The translations under genes were made by a program, and so were the position numbers. Below are positions 63,482-64,000 of a stretch of 64,000 nt of DNA, piece after piece. This stretch comes from the human T2T-CHM13v2.0 reference genome, Homo sapiens: the NCBI RefSeq assembly GCF_009914755.1, contig NC_060939.1; one strand, 5' to 3'. Under the pieces are notes generated by a model, which had not been told where the DNA came from, made no database searches, and saw nothing but the letters and a program-made list of their open reading frames with translations. How positions within the stretch are numbered: the stretch's first letter is position 1; each line of letters opens with the position of its first letter.

Positions 63482-64000
63482 AGACAATTGCTTTTATGTA
63501 TCAGCATAAACAGCATTTCCTCAGTAGATTTCCCCATCTGCCCCACCAGATCAGGTCATCTTTCACCTACTTTAAGGACAGCAGGCATTTTTTCCTTCCT
63601 GGCATTTTTTACATCTATTATATCATTCAGTAACTAGCTGTGGAATGCCAAATGTGTGGCAAATGCTATGCTACGTAAAGGGGCAAAACAGGCATTATTC
63701 TGCCCTCATAAAGTTCAGAATCTAGAGTAGTTCTTCACTTAGTTATTAATACTTAATCATATACTTAATTACATGCAGTTGGTCATTTATAATTATTTGT
63801 TAATTTCTGTCTTTTCCACTGACATAAAATCCAGTGGGGTCAATGCCTCGATGTTCCCATGAGTGTCCCAGTGGGTAGCCAGGCATTAATTCATTCAGAG
63901 ACAGGCTACAGCAGAGGCCATGTCCATAATTCTCAGAGGACTGCTCAGCAAACCAAGGGTAGCACTGTTAGGAAACCACATCATCACAAAACTCATTCTG

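Overview
This is simian (most likely human or ape) non-coding DNA, made mostly of interspersed repeats. No protein-coding gene, RNA gene or CpG island can be supported. Every informative ORF in the track is a decayed L1 ORF1/ORF2, THE1-internal or Alu read-through. The left half holds three near-full-length L1s of different ages, all on the minus strand: L1PA13-16-like (809-11885), L1MB-like (17684-25279) and L1MA-like (28655-36202). Each carries nested insertions (a complete THE1, MST LTRs, Alus, a younger L1 fragment). The right half is a mosaic of MaLR/ERVL LTRs (including an MLT2A1), L1M/HAL1 and L2 fragments, MIRs, a MER58 and Alus, plus a second THE1 provirus. Repeat-poor islands lie at about 11.9-13.6, 25.3-28.6, 39.6-40.9, 47.5-48.9 and 59.5-60.5 kb. 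The most notable signals are rearrangement scars: (1) a 163-bp copy of unique flanking DNA inserted into the L1PA 5'UTR; (2) a duplication with a fold-back inverted insert nearby; (3) an L1MA that seems to end at an internal ATTAAA yet has candidate TSDs; (4) a THE1 provirus with two mismatched LTRs and no TSD. There is also a candidate 15-nt microexon. I found no convincing new multi-gene system. Subfamily names come from recalled consensus features, not a database search.
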